From: Flavobacteriales bacterium
GTDB taxonomy: Bacteria; Bacteroidota; Bacteroidia; Flavobacteriales; UBA7430
Direction: 5' to 3'
Length of the DNA stretch: 64,000 nucleotides
Assembly: GCA_022425195.1 (NCBI GenBank)
Contig: JAKMFX010000010.1
Coordinates: 1,814 to 65,813 of the forward strand
Position 1 is the first letter of the stretch. Each line of letters begins with the position of its first letter. Position numbers and translations under genes: made by a program. Shown piece by piece: positions 20,583 through 30,262 of the stretch. The notes beneath the pieces are model-generated. The model was given only the letters and a program-made list of their open reading frames with translations, made no database searches and was not told where the DNA came from.

Positions 20583-22033
20583 AACTTCTCAAAGACATAC
20601 TGTATAAGGTAGATCTAGATTCCATTTCAGGGAATACGAACTGCGCCATTTCGCATTTGTGTTTTGACTCCCGTGAGGTCCAAAAAGACGCGCTCTTTGT
20701 GGCTGTTAAGGGCAGTGTCTCTGATGGACATGCATACATCAAAACAGCCATTGAAAGGGGTGCTTTGGCGATTGTTTGTGAGGTGCTACCTACAGAAATG
20801 CATGCCGATGTGGTGTATGTTAAAGTAAAAGATTCGTCAGAGGCCTTAGGAGTCATTGCTTCCAATTATCATGACAACCCTTCGGAAAAAATAAAACTTA
20901 TTGGCGTTACGGGGACCAACGGTAAAACCACCGTTTCGACATTGTTGTACAACCTTTTTCAGGCTTTGGGTTATAAGGTTGGATTGATATCAACGGTGGT
21001 CTATAAGGTCGGTTCTATATCCATAGATGCAACACATACCACCCCTGATGCCATTCGATTGAATGCGCTTTTGAGTCAGATGCTTGAAGCGGGCTGTAAG
21101 TATTGCTTTATGGAGGTAAGTTCACATGCCATCGATCAAGGGCGTATAGCAGGTTTAGATTTTGATCAGGCGCTTTTCACCAATATCAGCCGGGATCATT
21201 TGGATTACCACGATACTTATGATGCATACATCTCGGCAAAGAAAAAATTCTTCGACGGCTTGTCCCCCCAAGCCATTGCCATTGTCAATAAAGACAACAA
21301 ACACGGAGCTACGATGTTACATCATACCAAAGCCAAAAAGAAAACATTTTCACTTCGACTCACGGCGGATTACAAATGTAAAATCATTGAAAATCAATTT
21401 AGTGGTCTTCATTTGAGTATCAACGGTCAGGATGTATACACCAAATTGATTGGAAGTTTCAATGCGGCAAATGTTTTGCTAACCTATGCAGCTGCTCTGG
21501 AGTTGGGTGAGGACTCACTACAAATACTCACCGTATTGTCGGCTCTTAATGCCGTGGAAGGAAGATTTCAGCAATTTAAATCGGATTCCGGAATCACTTC
21601 CATCGTCGATTATGCTCATACACCCGATGCCTTACAAAATGTACTTAAGACCATTGCAGACATTCGAACGGGAAAAGAAAAAGTGGTTTGTATTATGGGT
21701 TGTGGTGGTGACAGAGATGTGGGGAAAAGGCCTCTGATGGCTCATGTTGCTTGTCAGTGGGCAGATCAGGTCATTTTGACTTCAGACAACCCTCGCAGTG
21801 AGGACCCAATGTCGATTATTGAAGATATGAAAGCGGATTTAGACCCTCCTCAGTTGAAGAAGGTGTTGACCCTAGAAGATCGCCGAGAAGCCATCAAGCT
21901 GGGCGTTACTTTTTGCAAGGAAGGGGACATCTTATTGCTTGCTGGAAAAGGACATGAAAAGTATCAAGAAATTAAGGGAGAACGCCTTCCATTTGACGAT
22001 ATGGCGATTTTAAAAGAGCACTTAAAAGACTAA
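20579..22033 (+). CDS. murE: UDP-MurNAc-dipeptide--meso-DAP ligase
   Basis: GVTGTNGKTT, MEVSSH, DYAHTPD, DNPR (DAP specificity), AGKGHE. Confidence 0.97.
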   Translation: MKLLKDILYKVDLDSISGNTNCAISHLCFDSREVQKDALFVAVKGSVSDGHAYIKTAIERGALAIVCEVLPTEMHADVVYVKVKDSSEALGVIASNYHDNPSEKIKLIGVTGTNGKTTVSTLLYNLFQALGYKVGLISTVVYKVGSISIDATHTTPDAIRLNALLSQMLEAGCKYCFMEVSSHAIDQGRIAGLDFDQALFTNISRDHLDYHDTYDAYISAKKKFFDGLSPQAIAIVNKDNKHGATMLHHTKAKKKTFSLRLTADYKCKIIENQFSGLHLSINGQDVYTKLIGSFNAANVLLTYAAALELGEDSLQILTVLSALNAVEGRFQQFKSDSGITSIVDYAHTPDALQNVLKTIADIRTGKEKVVCIMGCGGDRDVGKRPLMAHVACQWADQVILTSDNPRSEDPMSIIEDMKADLDPPQLKKVLTLEDRREAIKLGVTFCKEGDILLLAGKGHEKYQEIKGERLPFDDMAILKEHLKD

Positions 22034-22036
22034 GAT

Positions 22037-23251
22037 ATGTTGTACTATTTATTCACATACTTACACGAGGCATTCGACCTTACGGGCGCGGGAGTGTTTC
22101 AGTACATTTCTTTCAGAGCTGCTATGGCAGTGATTGTTTCTTTATTGATTTCGATGATTTTTGGAAAGCGAATCATTCGCATCCTGGCGCAAAAACAAGT
22201 GGGAGAAAGTGTTAGAGACTTGGGCTTAGTAGGTCAGGCTGAAAAGGCAGGGACACCCACCATGGGTGGAATCATCATTCTCAGTTCTATTTTGATCCCT
22301 ACGCTATTATTTGCCAAGCTCGACAACATCTACATCGTACTGATGATGGTTACAACCCTATGGATGGGCTTGATTGGTTTTCTCGATGATTATATCAAGG
22401 TGTTTAAAAAGGATAAAAAAGGCTTGGCGGGAAAGTTTAAGGTATTGGGGCAGATATCTCTTGGGTTAATTGTGGGGTCCATCCTTTACTTTCATCCCGA
22501 TGTGGTGGTTCGAGAACAAGTACCTGTGGTTGATCAAGAAAATCAAATTGTGCTTGTTCAGGAAGATGTGAAATCGACCAAAACAACCATTCCCTTTGTG
22601 AAAAATAACGAATTGGATTACTCAGAACTTCTACCTTGGTTGGGTGAAAAGGCAAAAGATTGGGCCTGGCTGATTTTTATACCCATGGTGATCTTTATTG
22701 TTACTGCGGTATCGAATGGAGCCAATTTAACCGATGGAATTGATGGGTTGGCCACGGGCACTTCTGCTATTATAGGATTGGTCTTGGCCATTTTCGCTTA
22801 CGTCTCGGGGAACATCATTTTTGCCGACTATCTCAACATTATGTACATCCCAAATTCGGGAGAGCTCGTAATTTTTATTGGAGCTTTCGTAGGGGCTTGT
22901 GTTGGTTTTTTGTGGTACAATTCCTATCCCGCACAAGTATTTATGGGCGATACAGGGAGTTTGGCCATTGGAGGGATCATCGCTGTTTTCGCATTGGCCA
23001 TTAGAAAGGAACTTTTGATTCCAATCATTTGCGGCATTTTTTTAATCGAAAATTTATCGGTGGTACTTCAGGTGTCTTACTTCAAGTATACCAAGAAAAA
23101 GTATGGCGAAGGCAAACGTATTTTTTTAATGTCTCCAATTCATCATCACTACCAAAAAGCCGGTTTGCACGAAAGTAAAATCGTCACACGCTTTTGGATT
23201 TTGGGGATTATGCTGGCCATTTTGAGTTTCGTAACCCTAAAATTACGTTAA
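22037..23251 (+). CDS. mraY: Phospho-N-acetylmuramoyl-pentapeptide transferase
   Basis: [29 protein letters not shown]. Confidence 0.97.
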   Translation: MLYYLFTYLHEAFDLTGAGVFQYISFRAAMAVIVSLLISMIFGKRIIRILAQKQVGESVRDLGLVGQAEKAGTPTMGGIIILSSILIPTLLFAKLDNIYIVLMMVTTLWMGLIGFLDDYIKVFKKDKKGLAGKFKVLGQISLGLIVGSILYFHPDVVVREQVPVVDQENQIVLVQEDVKSTKTTIPFVKNNELDYSELLPWLGEKAKDWAWLIFIPMVIFIVTAVSNGANLTDGIDGLATGTSAIIGLVLAIFAYVSGNIIFADYLNIMYIPNSGELVIFIGAFVGACVGFLWYNSYPAQVFMGDTGSLAIGGIIAVFALAIRKELLIPIICGIFLIENLSVVLQVSYFKYTKKKYGEGKRIFLMSPIHHHYQKAGLHESKIVTRFWILGIMLAILSFVTLKLR

Positions 23252-23254
23252 ACC

Positions 23255-24571
23255 ATGATTGCTGTCTTAGGTGCCGGAGAAAGTGGAGTAGGAGCAGCTC
23301 TTTTAGCTAAGCAAAAGGGTTATGATGTTTTTGTGAGTGACCTAGGCATGATGAAAGATTCTTTTAGAGAAGAATTGAATGATAATGGCATTGAGTGGGA
23401 AGAGGGCGGTCATACGGAGGAGAAAATTGTAAGGGCCGAATACCTCATAAAAAGTCCTGGGATTCCAGAGACAAAACTCATTGCAGCGGCGAGAGCCAAT
23501 GGTGTAGAAGTTCTTTCAGAAATTGAATTTGCCTCCCGATTTACCGAAGGTAAAATCATTGCAGTGACCGGGAGTAATGGAAAAACAACGACCGCAACTC
23601 TTGTCCATCACTTACTTCACGGTGCAGGCTTGGATGTGGCTTTAGCTGGGAACATTGGTGACAGTTTTGCCCGGTGTTTAGAAAGAGGTGATCATGGCTT
23701 TTGGGTTTTGGAATTGAGCAGTTTTCAGTTGGACGATGTACAGGGTTTCAAACCCTACATATCGGTGTTACTGAATTTCAGTCCGGATCATTTGGATCGC
23801 TACGAAGGCAGTATGGAGAAGTATGTGGCCGCAAAGATGCGCATTACTAAAAACCAAACCTCTGAAGACCATTTCATTTATTGGGAAGAGGATGCCTGGA
23901 CGAAGAAGAACTTAGAAAAAGTAAAAGCAAATAAAATTCCTTTTGGAACTCTTTCAAAAGCCAAAGGAGCCTACATAGAGAAAGATAAAATTTGTATTAA
24001 CATTAACCGAGAGCCGTTAATTATGAGCATACACGAACTAGCATTACAAGGAAAGCACAACTGTTATAATTCTATGGCAGGAGGGATTGCAGCAAAGTTG
24101 TTGGGCATCAGTAACGACATTGTTCGAGACTGTTTGTCTGATTTTGAAAAAATAGAACATCGATTGGAGCCTGTTCTTAAGGTGTATGGCGTAGAGTATA
24201 TCAATGACTCTAAAGCCACCAATGTAAATGCCAGCTGGTATGCCTTAGATTGCATGACTAGGCCAGTGGTTTGGATTTGTGGAGGCGTAGATAAGGGTAA
24301 TGATTACGAAGAACTTCTATCTATGGTAGATGATAAGGTTAAAGCCATCATCTGTCTGGGGAAAGACAATGCAAAATTGCTGGAAACCTTTGGCGATTTG
24401 GTTGAAGACATCCAAGAGGTAGATTCAATGGGAGATGCAGTTAAAGCAGCCTATAAGCTAGCGAATAAAGGCGATGCTGTTTTGTTGTCACCGGCCTGCG
24501 CTAGTTTCGATTTGTTCAACAACTATGAAGATCGTGGACGTCAGTTTAAAAAACAGATAAGACTATTGTAA
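23255..24571 (+). CDS. murD: UDP-MurNAc-L-Ala--D-glutamate ligase
   Basis: TGSNGKTT, ELSSFQL, NDSKATN, LSPACASFD. Confidence 0.97.
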   Translation: MIAVLGAGESGVGAALLAKQKGYDVFVSDLGMMKDSFREELNDNGIEWEEGGHTEEKIVRAEYLIKSPGIPETKLIAAARANGVEVLSEIEFASRFTEGKIIAVTGSNGKTTTATLVHHLLHGAGLDVALAGNIGDSFARCLERGDHGFWVLELSSFQLDDVQGFKPYISVLLNFSPDHLDRYEGSMEKYVAAKMRITKNQTSEDHFIYWEEDAWTKKNLEKVKANKIPFGTLSKAKGAYIEKDKICININREPLIMSIHELALQGKHNCYNSMAGGIAAKLLGISNDIVRDCLSDFEKIEHRLEPVLKVYGVEYINDSKATNVNASWYALDCMTRPVVWICGGVDKGNDYEELLSMVDDKVKAIICLGKDNAKLLETFGDLVEDIQEVDSMGDAVKAAYKLANKGDAVLLSPACASFDLFNNYEDRGRQFKKQIRLL

Positions 24572-24574
24572 GCG

Positions 24575-25723
24575 TTGAAATGGGTGAATTACATAAAGGG
24601 AGATAAGTACATCTGGGCGATAGCCATATTACTTTCATTGGTGTCTATTGTTCTCGTGTACAGTTCTAGCAGTCATTTGGCTTTTGCTTTCAAGCAAGGG
24701 AATACCTTCTCTTTTTTGGTCAAGCATTTGATTCATCTTGGGATTGGTTTTTTTATCATGTGGACCCTTTCTCGAATCCCTTTCAAATACTTTTACAACA
24801 GCTCAATACTAATTTTTGGCTTGGCCCTTGTTCTCGTTTTCTGGGCCATGAGTGGTGGTCAGACGATTGGGGGTGCAAATGCCAGTCGTTGGATTCGCAT
24901 TGCTGGATTTACCTTTCAGCCCTCAGAGTTGGCCAAACTCGCGCTCTTTGTTTTGCTCGCCAGAAATCTGGTTCACTATAGGGATAAACTTCACTCCTTC
25001 AAGAAATCGTTCTTTCCTATTTTAGGGCCAGTAATATTAATTTGTGGGCTTATTTTACCCTCTAACTTTTCAACTGCAGCCATCATATTCATGATCAGTT
25101 TCTTGATTATGTTCGTAGGAAGGTATTCGCTAAAATCCCTAGGGGCAATGATCTTAATAGGACTTGTTTCTTTGGGATTGTTTTATGCAACGGTCACTAA
25201 ATTTCCAAACATCAGCAATAGAGTGGGCACTTGGAAAGCGAGAATTGAGTCTTTCACCGATAAAAGTAGTGAGGGCAATTATCAAGTAAATCATGCAAAG
25301 ACTGCCATAGCAAGAGGCGGTTTGTGGGGGAAAGGTCCAGGAAAAAGTGTTCAGAAGTACTTTTTACCTCAATCTTCTTCCGACTTTATCTTTGCCGTTA
25401 TTGTGGAAGAGTATGGAGTGGTTGGTGGTTTCGTTGTCATCGGCTTGTACTTACTACTTCTCTTGAGAATACTGAGGACAGCCAGAAAAACCGATGACGA
25501 TTTTGCCATGCTCATGACCATAGGTTTGGGCTTTTCAATTGTATCCCAAGCCTTCATTAATATGTCTGTAGCGGTTAATCTTCTTCCTGTCACTGGGCAA
25601 ACGCTGCCCTTAATTAGTGCAGGGGGCTCGTCAGTATGGATGACCTGTGCGGCCATAGGTTTGATATTGAGCATCAGCAACAGTATCGTTTCACCTTCAG
25701 AAAGCTTAGCTCATGAGAAATAA
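24575..25723 (+). CDS. ftsW: SEDS peptidoglycan polymerase FtsW
   Basis: RWI...FQPSELAK, SDFIFAVIVEE, TGQTLPLISAGGSS. TTG start. Confidence 0.94.
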   Translation: MKWVNYIKGDKYIWAIAILLSLVSIVLVYSSSSHLAFAFKQGNTFSFLVKHLIHLGIGFFIMWTLSRIPFKYFYNSSILIFGLALVLVFWAMSGGQTIGGANASRWIRIAGFTFQPSELAKLALFVLLARNLVHYRDKLHSFKKSFFPILGPVILICGLILPSNFSTAAIIFMISFLIMFVGRYSLKSLGAMILIGLVSLGLFYATVTKFPNISNRVGTWKARIESFTDKSSEGNYQVNHAKTAIARGGLWGKGPGKSVQKYFLPQSSSDFIFAVIVEEYGVVGGFVVIGLYLLLLLRILRTARKTDDDFAMLMTIGLGFSIVSQAFINMSVAVNLLPVTGQTLPLISAGGSSVWMTCAAIGLILSISNSIVSPSESLAHEK

Positions 25724-26810
25724 GCGATACCTAATTAGTGGAGGAGGAACCGGAGGGCACATCTTTCCAGCCCTTGCCATTGCGAAAGAAATTGAGCGAC
25801 GCGATACTGAAAGTGAATTTCTATTTGTGGGTGCGTCTGATCGCATGGAAATGCAGAAAATTCCTGCGGCAGGATATTCGATTAAGGGCTTGTGGATCTC
25901 AGGATTTCAAAGAACACAACGACTTAAAAACCTATCCATTCCCTTTAAGCTTATCTACAGCCTATTGCAATCTTTTGTCATCCTACTTCGTTTTAGACCC
26001 AAAGTGGTTATAGGTACGGGAGGTTATGCCAGTGGGCCTATATTATGGGTCGCTTCTTTACTGAATATTCCTTCTGTCATTCAAGAACAGAATTCTTATC
26101 CCGGAATCACAAACAAAATATTAGCCTCAAAAGTGAGCCGTATCTGCGTGGCGTATCCAGATTTAGAACGCTTTTTCCCAAAGCGTAAAATTCATATCAC
26201 GGGCAATCCCATACGCGCTGAAATTGAGTCTGGAGTTTATGATCGAACGAAAGTTTTCGCGACTTATAGACTTGATGTTGCTAAGCCATTGGTTTTGGTC
26301 GTTGGGGGAAGTTTAGGTTCGAAGCGAATTAATGAAACGGTTCTTGAGAATATTTCATGGTTTCAAGACAAGGGGGTACAATTGATATGGCAAACCGGTA
26401 GTTTGTACTTCGATCGCTGCCAGCCCGCTGAAAAATTGCTAGCAGAATCGGGTCATATAAAAGATTTTTTAACTGATATGGGTGCTGTTTTAACGGCTGC
26501 TGACGTGGTCATTTCCCGAGCAGGTGCAATCGCCTTATCAGAGCTTTCAGCGCTGGGAAAAGCATCCATTCTCGTTCCGTCTCCAAATGTAGCCGAAGAC
26601 CATCAGAAGAAAAATGCCATGGCACTTTCCGATTGTGATGCTGCATTATTGGTGGAGGAGCGTCATATGAATTCGGAGCTCTTTGAGACTCTAGATGCAT
26701 TGATTTTTGACAAGGAAAGGCAGGTGGAGTTGGCTGAAAATTGCAAAAAGATGCACCGTCCTAAAGCGGCAGAAAGGATTGTAGATATCATTGAAGAACT
26801 CACGCTATGA
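25713..26810 (+). CDS. murG: Lipid II GlcNAc transferase MurG
   Basis: GGGTGGHIFP, GGSLGS, SRAGA, HQKKNA. Confidence 0.97.
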   Translation: MRNKRYLISGGGTGGHIFPALAIAKEIERRDTESEFLFVGASDRMEMQKIPAAGYSIKGLWISGFQRTQRLKNLSIPFKLIYSLLQSFVILLRFRPKVVIGTGGYASGPILWVASLLNIPSVIQEQNSYPGITNKILASKVSRICVAYPDLERFFPKRKIHITGNPIRAEIESGVYDRTKVFATYRLDVAKPLVLVVGGSLGSKRINETVLENISWFQDKGVQLIWQTGSLYFDRCQPAEKLLAESGHIKDFLTDMGAVLTAADVVISRAGAIALSELSALGKASILVPSPNVAEDHQKKNAMALSDCDAALLVEERHMNSELFETLDALIFDKERQVELAENCKKMHRPKAAERIVDIIEELTL

Positions 26811-28153
26811 TCAGTTTGGATCACATAAAACATATTTACTTCCTCGGTATTGGTGGCATAGGAATGAGTGCCTTGGCTCGATATTTTTTGTTCCATCAAA
26901 AGAGCGTCGCTGGTTATGATAGAAATTCTTCCGACTTAAGTAGGTCACTGGAGCAAGCTTCTTGTAAGATCACTTATGTAGATAATCCAGAGACCATTCC
27001 CCAAGTTTTTGAAGACAAAAAGAAGGTTTTGGTTGTTTATACCCCAGCCATTCCTAAAACCAACAAGCTTTTAAATTATTTTGAGAAAGAAGGGTTCTTA
27101 CTATGTAAGCGCTCTGAAGTTTTAGGAGCAATCACGCATGATATGCAGTGTTTGGCTGTGGCAGGAACGCATGGCAAGACAACCATATCGAGTTTGCTCG
27201 CCTTTATTTTGAGTGATAACAAGGTCGATTGTACAGCCTTTCTAGGAGGTGTGGCAACCGATTTCGGTTCCAATATGAGAATTGGTTCGGAAAATATTGC
27301 CGTGGTTGAAGCGGATGAGTTTGATCGCTCTTTCTTAAGACTTTCACCCAACTGGGCGCTGATAAGCTCTATGGATGCTGATCATTTGGATATATACGGG
27401 ACCGCATCACATCTTGAAGCGTCTTTTGAGTCGTTTACGAAAAAGGTAGCGGGGGGTGAAGTGATTGCCAAGGAAGGTTTAAAGATTTCTTCTAGGTACA
27501 CCTATGCTTTGAATTCAGATACAGCAGATTTTTCAGCGACGGGAATTCATGTACAAGCGGGGAGTTACTGTTTTGATTTGAGGTATCCTGAAGGCATTTG
27601 TCGAAAAGTTTCGACAGGGTTACCAGGGATACATAATGTAGAAAATGCCCTGGCAGCATTTGCCTTGGCGTATTTTCAGGATGTTCCTGTTTCTGGAATC
27701 ATCGCTTCGATAAAATCCTTTTCGGGTGTGAAAAGACGTTTTGAGTATCATGTAAAAACGCCTAGTAAGGTATATATTGACGATTATGCACATCACCCTA
27801 AAGAGATTCAGGTCGCCATTCAGTCTGTCAGAGATTTGTACCCCGAAAGAAAGTTGACGGTAATTTTTCAACCTCACCTATTTTCCAGAACGCGTGACTT
27901 TATGGACGATTTCGCTCGCGAATTGTCTTTGTCAGATCAGGTAATTCTATTGGATATTTATCCCGCTAGGGAAATGCCTATTTCAGGGGTGAATTCTGAG
28001 GTTTTGTTGGATAAAATCTCTTGTAAAGAGAAATCCTTGTATTCAAAGTCCGAAATCCCAAATGCCCTTCCTGAAATAGACGTATTAATGACCTTAGGAG
28101 CGGGTGATATTGACCGTTTAATTGAACCTATAAAAACCCATATTACCTCGTGA
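26807..28153 (+). CDS. murC: UDP-MurNAc--L-alanine ligase
   Basis: GIGGIGMS, GTHGKTT, EADEFDRSF, DDYAHHP, FQPH. Confidence 0.97.
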   Translation: MISLDHIKHIYFLGIGGIGMSALARYFLFHQKSVAGYDRNSSDLSRSLEQASCKITYVDNPETIPQVFEDKKKVLVVYTPAIPKTNKLLNYFEKEGFLLCKRSEVLGAITHDMQCLAVAGTHGKTTISSLLAFILSDNKVDCTAFLGGVATDFGSNMRIGSENIAVVEADEFDRSFLRLSPNWALISSMDADHLDIYGTASHLEASFESFTKKVAGGEVIAKEGLKISSRYTYALNSDTADFSATGIHVQAGSYCFDLRYPEGICRKVSTGLPGIHNVENALAAFALAYFQDVPVSGIIASIKSFSGVKRRFEYHVKTPSKVYIDDYAHHPKEIQVAIQSVRDLYPERKLTVIFQPHLFSRTRDFMDDFARELSLSDQVILLDIYPAREMPISGVNSEVLLDKISCKEKSLYSKSEIPNALPEIDVLMTLGAGDIDRLIEPIKTHITS

Positions 28154-28878
28154 GAAAGTTTTTGCGCGTCAGCTTTGTATTGACCTTAATCGTGGCTCTG
28201 TCTTTTTTGATAGGGACAAAGCGTTTGAGTTATCAGAATGTGAAGTGTGAAAACCTTAACATTCAAGTGGATACACAGGGTGATCTGTTCTTTGTGAATG
28301 CCGATATGATTCAAGGGATGATTGAGGAAAAGGAAGATTCCATCCTCGGGAAACGCTACCAAGATATAAACATTTACTTGTTAGAAGAATTCCTAGACGC
28401 TCATCCCAATGTTAAGAAAGCAGAACTATATTTAACTATCGATGGGGATTTGTGTGTTGACGTCAAGCAGCGTAAGCCCTTGGTTCGAATTTTTGAGCAA
28501 GATGCATCCTATTATTTGGATGAGCATTATGAACGTTTTTCACTATCAGATCGATACAGTGCTCGAGTACTGCAAGTATACTGGTCAGAAATGACAGCCT
28601 CTCGAAAAGAAACACTTGATGCGTTGATGAAACTCATTGCTGAGGATGCCTTTTTGAAAGCACAAATTACCGCAGTTGCTTTTGATGAAGATGACGAGAT
28701 TATGATCTTTCCAAGAGTGGGAAATCACAAAATTCTGATGGGTGAAGCTCGAGACTTAGATAAGAAATTTGAGAATCTGAAAGTTTTTTACAAGCGCGGA
28801 TTAGAAAAAGTAGGTTGGGACAGATACACTCAGATAAGCCTAAAGTTTGAGAACCAAGTGGTCTGTACAAAAAGATAG
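28150..28878 (+). CDS. ftsQ: Cell division protein FtsQ/DivIB
   Basis: N-terminal TM segment, position between murC and ftsA, C-terminal QVVC. Confidence 0.85.
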   Translation: MRKFLRVSFVLTLIVALSFLIGTKRLSYQNVKCENLNIQVDTQGDLFFVNADMIQGMIEEKEDSILGKRYQDINIYLLEEFLDAHPNVKKAELYLTIDGDLCVDVKQRKPLVRIFEQDASYYLDEHYERFSLSDRYSARVLQVYWSEMTASRKETLDALMKLIAEDAFLKAQITAVAFDEDDEIMIFPRVGNHKILMGEARDLDKKFENLKVFYKRGLEKVGWDRYTQISLKFENQVVCTKR

Positions 28879-28882
28879 CGAA

Positions 28883-30244
28883 ATGGAACAAGGAGAAATT
28901 GCCATAGGATTGGACATCGGGACAACAAAGATTGTTGCCATTGTGGGTCGCAAGAATGAATATGGGAAAATTGAAATCTTGGGCTTTGGTAAAGCAAAGT
29001 CCTTAGGTGTTCAGCGTGGGGTAGTTTCTAATATCACCCAAACGATTGAGTCCATTCAGCATGCCGTTAAGGAAGCGGAAGCAGATTCAAACTTAAGCTT
29101 GAAGCATTGTGTGGTGGGGATTGCAGGACAGCATATCCGATCACTTCAACACAGTGATTACATCTTAAGAGAAGATGCGCAAGAGGTGATTACACAGCAG
29201 GATATTGATAAGCTGGTGGAAAACGTTCACAAATTAGTGATGCTTCCCGGTGAAGAAATCATTCATGTACTTCCTCAAGAATACAAAATTGATGGTGAGC
29301 CCAACATTCATGAGCCTATAGGAATGCTCGGTCGTAGATTGGAAGCAAACCTTCACATTGTCGTCGGACAAAAAGCGGCCATTGGTAATATTTTCTCTTG
29401 CGTTAAAAAGTCAGAATTGGAAGTCTCTGGCATCACACTCGAGCCTTTGGCCTCTGCGGAAGCTGTTTTGAGTGATGAGGAAAAAGAAGCCGGTGTTTGC
29501 TTGGTAGATATTGGTGGTGGAACGACAGATGTGGCTATTTTCAAAGACGGCATCATCAGACATACGGCGGTGATCCCATTTGGTGGGAACGTGATCTCAG
29601 AGGACATCAAAGAAGGCTGCTCCATTATAGAAAAACAGTCGGAGCTTTTAAAAATGAAATTTGGCTCCGCTTGGCCAGGGGAAAACAGCGAGAACGAAAT
29701 CGTTTCTATTCCCGGTTTAAGAGGTAGAGAGCCGAAAGAAATTTCATTAAAAATGCTGTCTAAAATCATTCATGCTCGTCTGGTTGAGATCATAGATCAG
29801 GTCTATGTAGAGATCAAGAATTACGGGCATGAGGAAGGTAAAAAGAAGTTGATTGCAGGTATTGTTTTGACGGGGGGAGGCTCTCAGTTGAAGCATATTA
29901 AGCAGTTATTTGAATATGAAACAGGAATGGATACACGCGTAGGATTTCCGAATGAGCACCTGGCAAAAGGAGCTCGTCCAGAGTTAGAAAGTCCTATGTA
30001 TGCCACAGCGATAGGTTTGGTGATGAAGGGTGTCGAGCTCAATGAGAAAAACCCACAAATTCCACAAGCAGTGGAAGTTGATGAAGTCGCAAGTCCTATC
30101 AACCAGCCCATAGATCAGGTCGAGGTGAAAGCATCACCAAGCTCAGTATCGAATGCGGTTAGTGAATCTGATGAGAATCCCAAAGAATCCTTCTTTGATA
30201 AGTGGGTGAAAGGGTTTATGAATTTTTTAGCCAATGAAGATTAA
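28883..30244 (+). CDS. ftsA: Cell division protein FtsA
   Basis: GLDIGTTK, VDIGGGTTD, VLTGGG, C-terminal amphipathic helix. Start moved to MEQGE. Confidence 0.97.
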   Translation: MEQGEIAIGLDIGTTKIVAIVGRKNEYGKIEILGFGKAKSLGVQRGVVSNITQTIESIQHAVKEAEADSNLSLKHCVVGIAGQHIRSLQHSDYILREDAQEVITQQDIDKLVENVHKLVMLPGEEIIHVLPQEYKIDGEPNIHEPIGMLGRRLEANLHIVVGQKAAIGNIFSCVKKSELEVSGITLEPLASAEAVLSDEEKEAGVCLVDIGGGTTDVAIFKDGIIRHTAVIPFGGNVISEDIKEGCSIIEKQSELLKMKFGSAWPGENSENEIVSIPGLRGREPKEISLKMLSKIIHARLVEIIDQVYVEIKNYGHEEGKKKLIAGIVLTGGGSQLKHIKQLFEYETGMDTRVGFPNEHLAKGARPELESPMYATAIGLVMKGVELNEKNPQIPQAVEVDEVASPINQPIDQVEVKASPSSVSNAVSESDENPKESFFDKWVKGFMNFLANED

Positions 30245-30262
30245 TATGCAAAGACCTAAGTT